From contig MU058418.1 of assembly GCA_013265495.1 (NCBI GenBank), positions 1,948,917 through 2,012,916 of the forward strand: a stretch of DNA of 64,000 bases, given 5' to 3'. Made by a program: the position numbers and the translations under genes. The notes under the pieces are model-generated. The model was given only the letters and a program-made list of their open reading frames with translations, had not been told where the DNA came from and did no database searches. The DNA is from Vicugna vicugna. Lineage: Eukaryota. Each line of letters opens with the position of its first letter. Positions within the stretch are counted from its first letter, which is position 1. This document shows positions 63,285-64,000 of this stretch, one piece after another.

Positions 63285-63347
63285 CTCAAAAATTAATCTT
63301 CCAATTGGATAAAAATCAATAGAAATGTCCAAGAACACAAAATCATG
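63285..63347 (-). CDS. PPIL6: PPIL6 exon, HDFVFLDISIDFYPIGRLIFE (start of cyclophilin domain)
   Basis: tag| acceptor, GAG|gtaag donor; 63 nt, phase 0-0. Upstream exons lie beyond the window end. Confidence 0.93.
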
Positions 63348-64000
63348 CTATTAAAATCAAGGAAAAAAAGGTAATGCAGGTCAATGTTTTGGAAGAAGTT
63401 CGTACAAATGACCAGAATTATAACAGAATAATGTTTTCAGTGATAAGATGATTAACAGCATAAAGAGTGGATAATGTAACAGCAAAATGAAAAGAATGAC
63501 TTAAATAAGTTTGTTTTATTTTATTATACCAAGTTTTACAACCTGAATAACATGCTTTTTAAAACCCTTCAATAGCAAAGCTATGAATAACATTAACCTA
63601 TCACACAAGACTGAGAACACACGGCCTAGATCTCCACTGCATTGCAGACTAGGTGTGGAAAGGAACATTAGTCAGGCCCTTTGGGAAAAGCAGCAGACTG
63701 GGAATTCTTTTCTTTCCTGAGTAATTCTGGGAAAGGACCCAACGTGAGTCCCATGGATTTGGTTACTGTGTGTTGTGGACTTTCAGAGAGTGTACAGATC
63801 AGCTAAGTAGGGCTAGGCCAAAGTCTTTCTGAGTAGGAAGATAAGGCCACTCTATGCATAGAAGGGGCAATACGAGGGGTAGGAAAGAGAGGAAACTATG
63901 CTTTCGAGTTATTTCATTCATGTTACCAGATGCCTCCCGCTCTTATTTTCAATTGACATCCTTTCTAGTAGAGACAACACTTTTGAGCCCTACAAAGAGG

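Overview
Mammalian genomic DNA, most likely a camelid, judged from five tRNA-Ala-derived vic-1-type SINEs plus a sixth shorter copy. The window is syntenic with human 6q21. It holds three genes: the last 10 coding exons of CCDC162 (+, 944-15386), the complete 6-exon CD164/endolyn gene (-, 37175 to about 23260; 202 aa; CpG-island promoter), and the last 5 coding exons of the cyclophilin-like PPIL6 (-, 63347-44949). Most of the rest is transposon debris: a degenerate ERV-L provirus nested in an old L1, solo LTRs, L1/L2/MIR and DNA transposons. I found no convincing new multi-gene system. The best leads are a +1 frameshift in one CCDC162 exon with a possible in-frame rescue donor, an intact alternative C-terminal coding exon hidden in the CD164 3'UTR, an (ACG)7 poly-Thr repeat in the CD164 mucin domain, and microRNA seed sites arranged around alternative poly(A) signals. 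Gene and repeat family names come from recall, not database searches.
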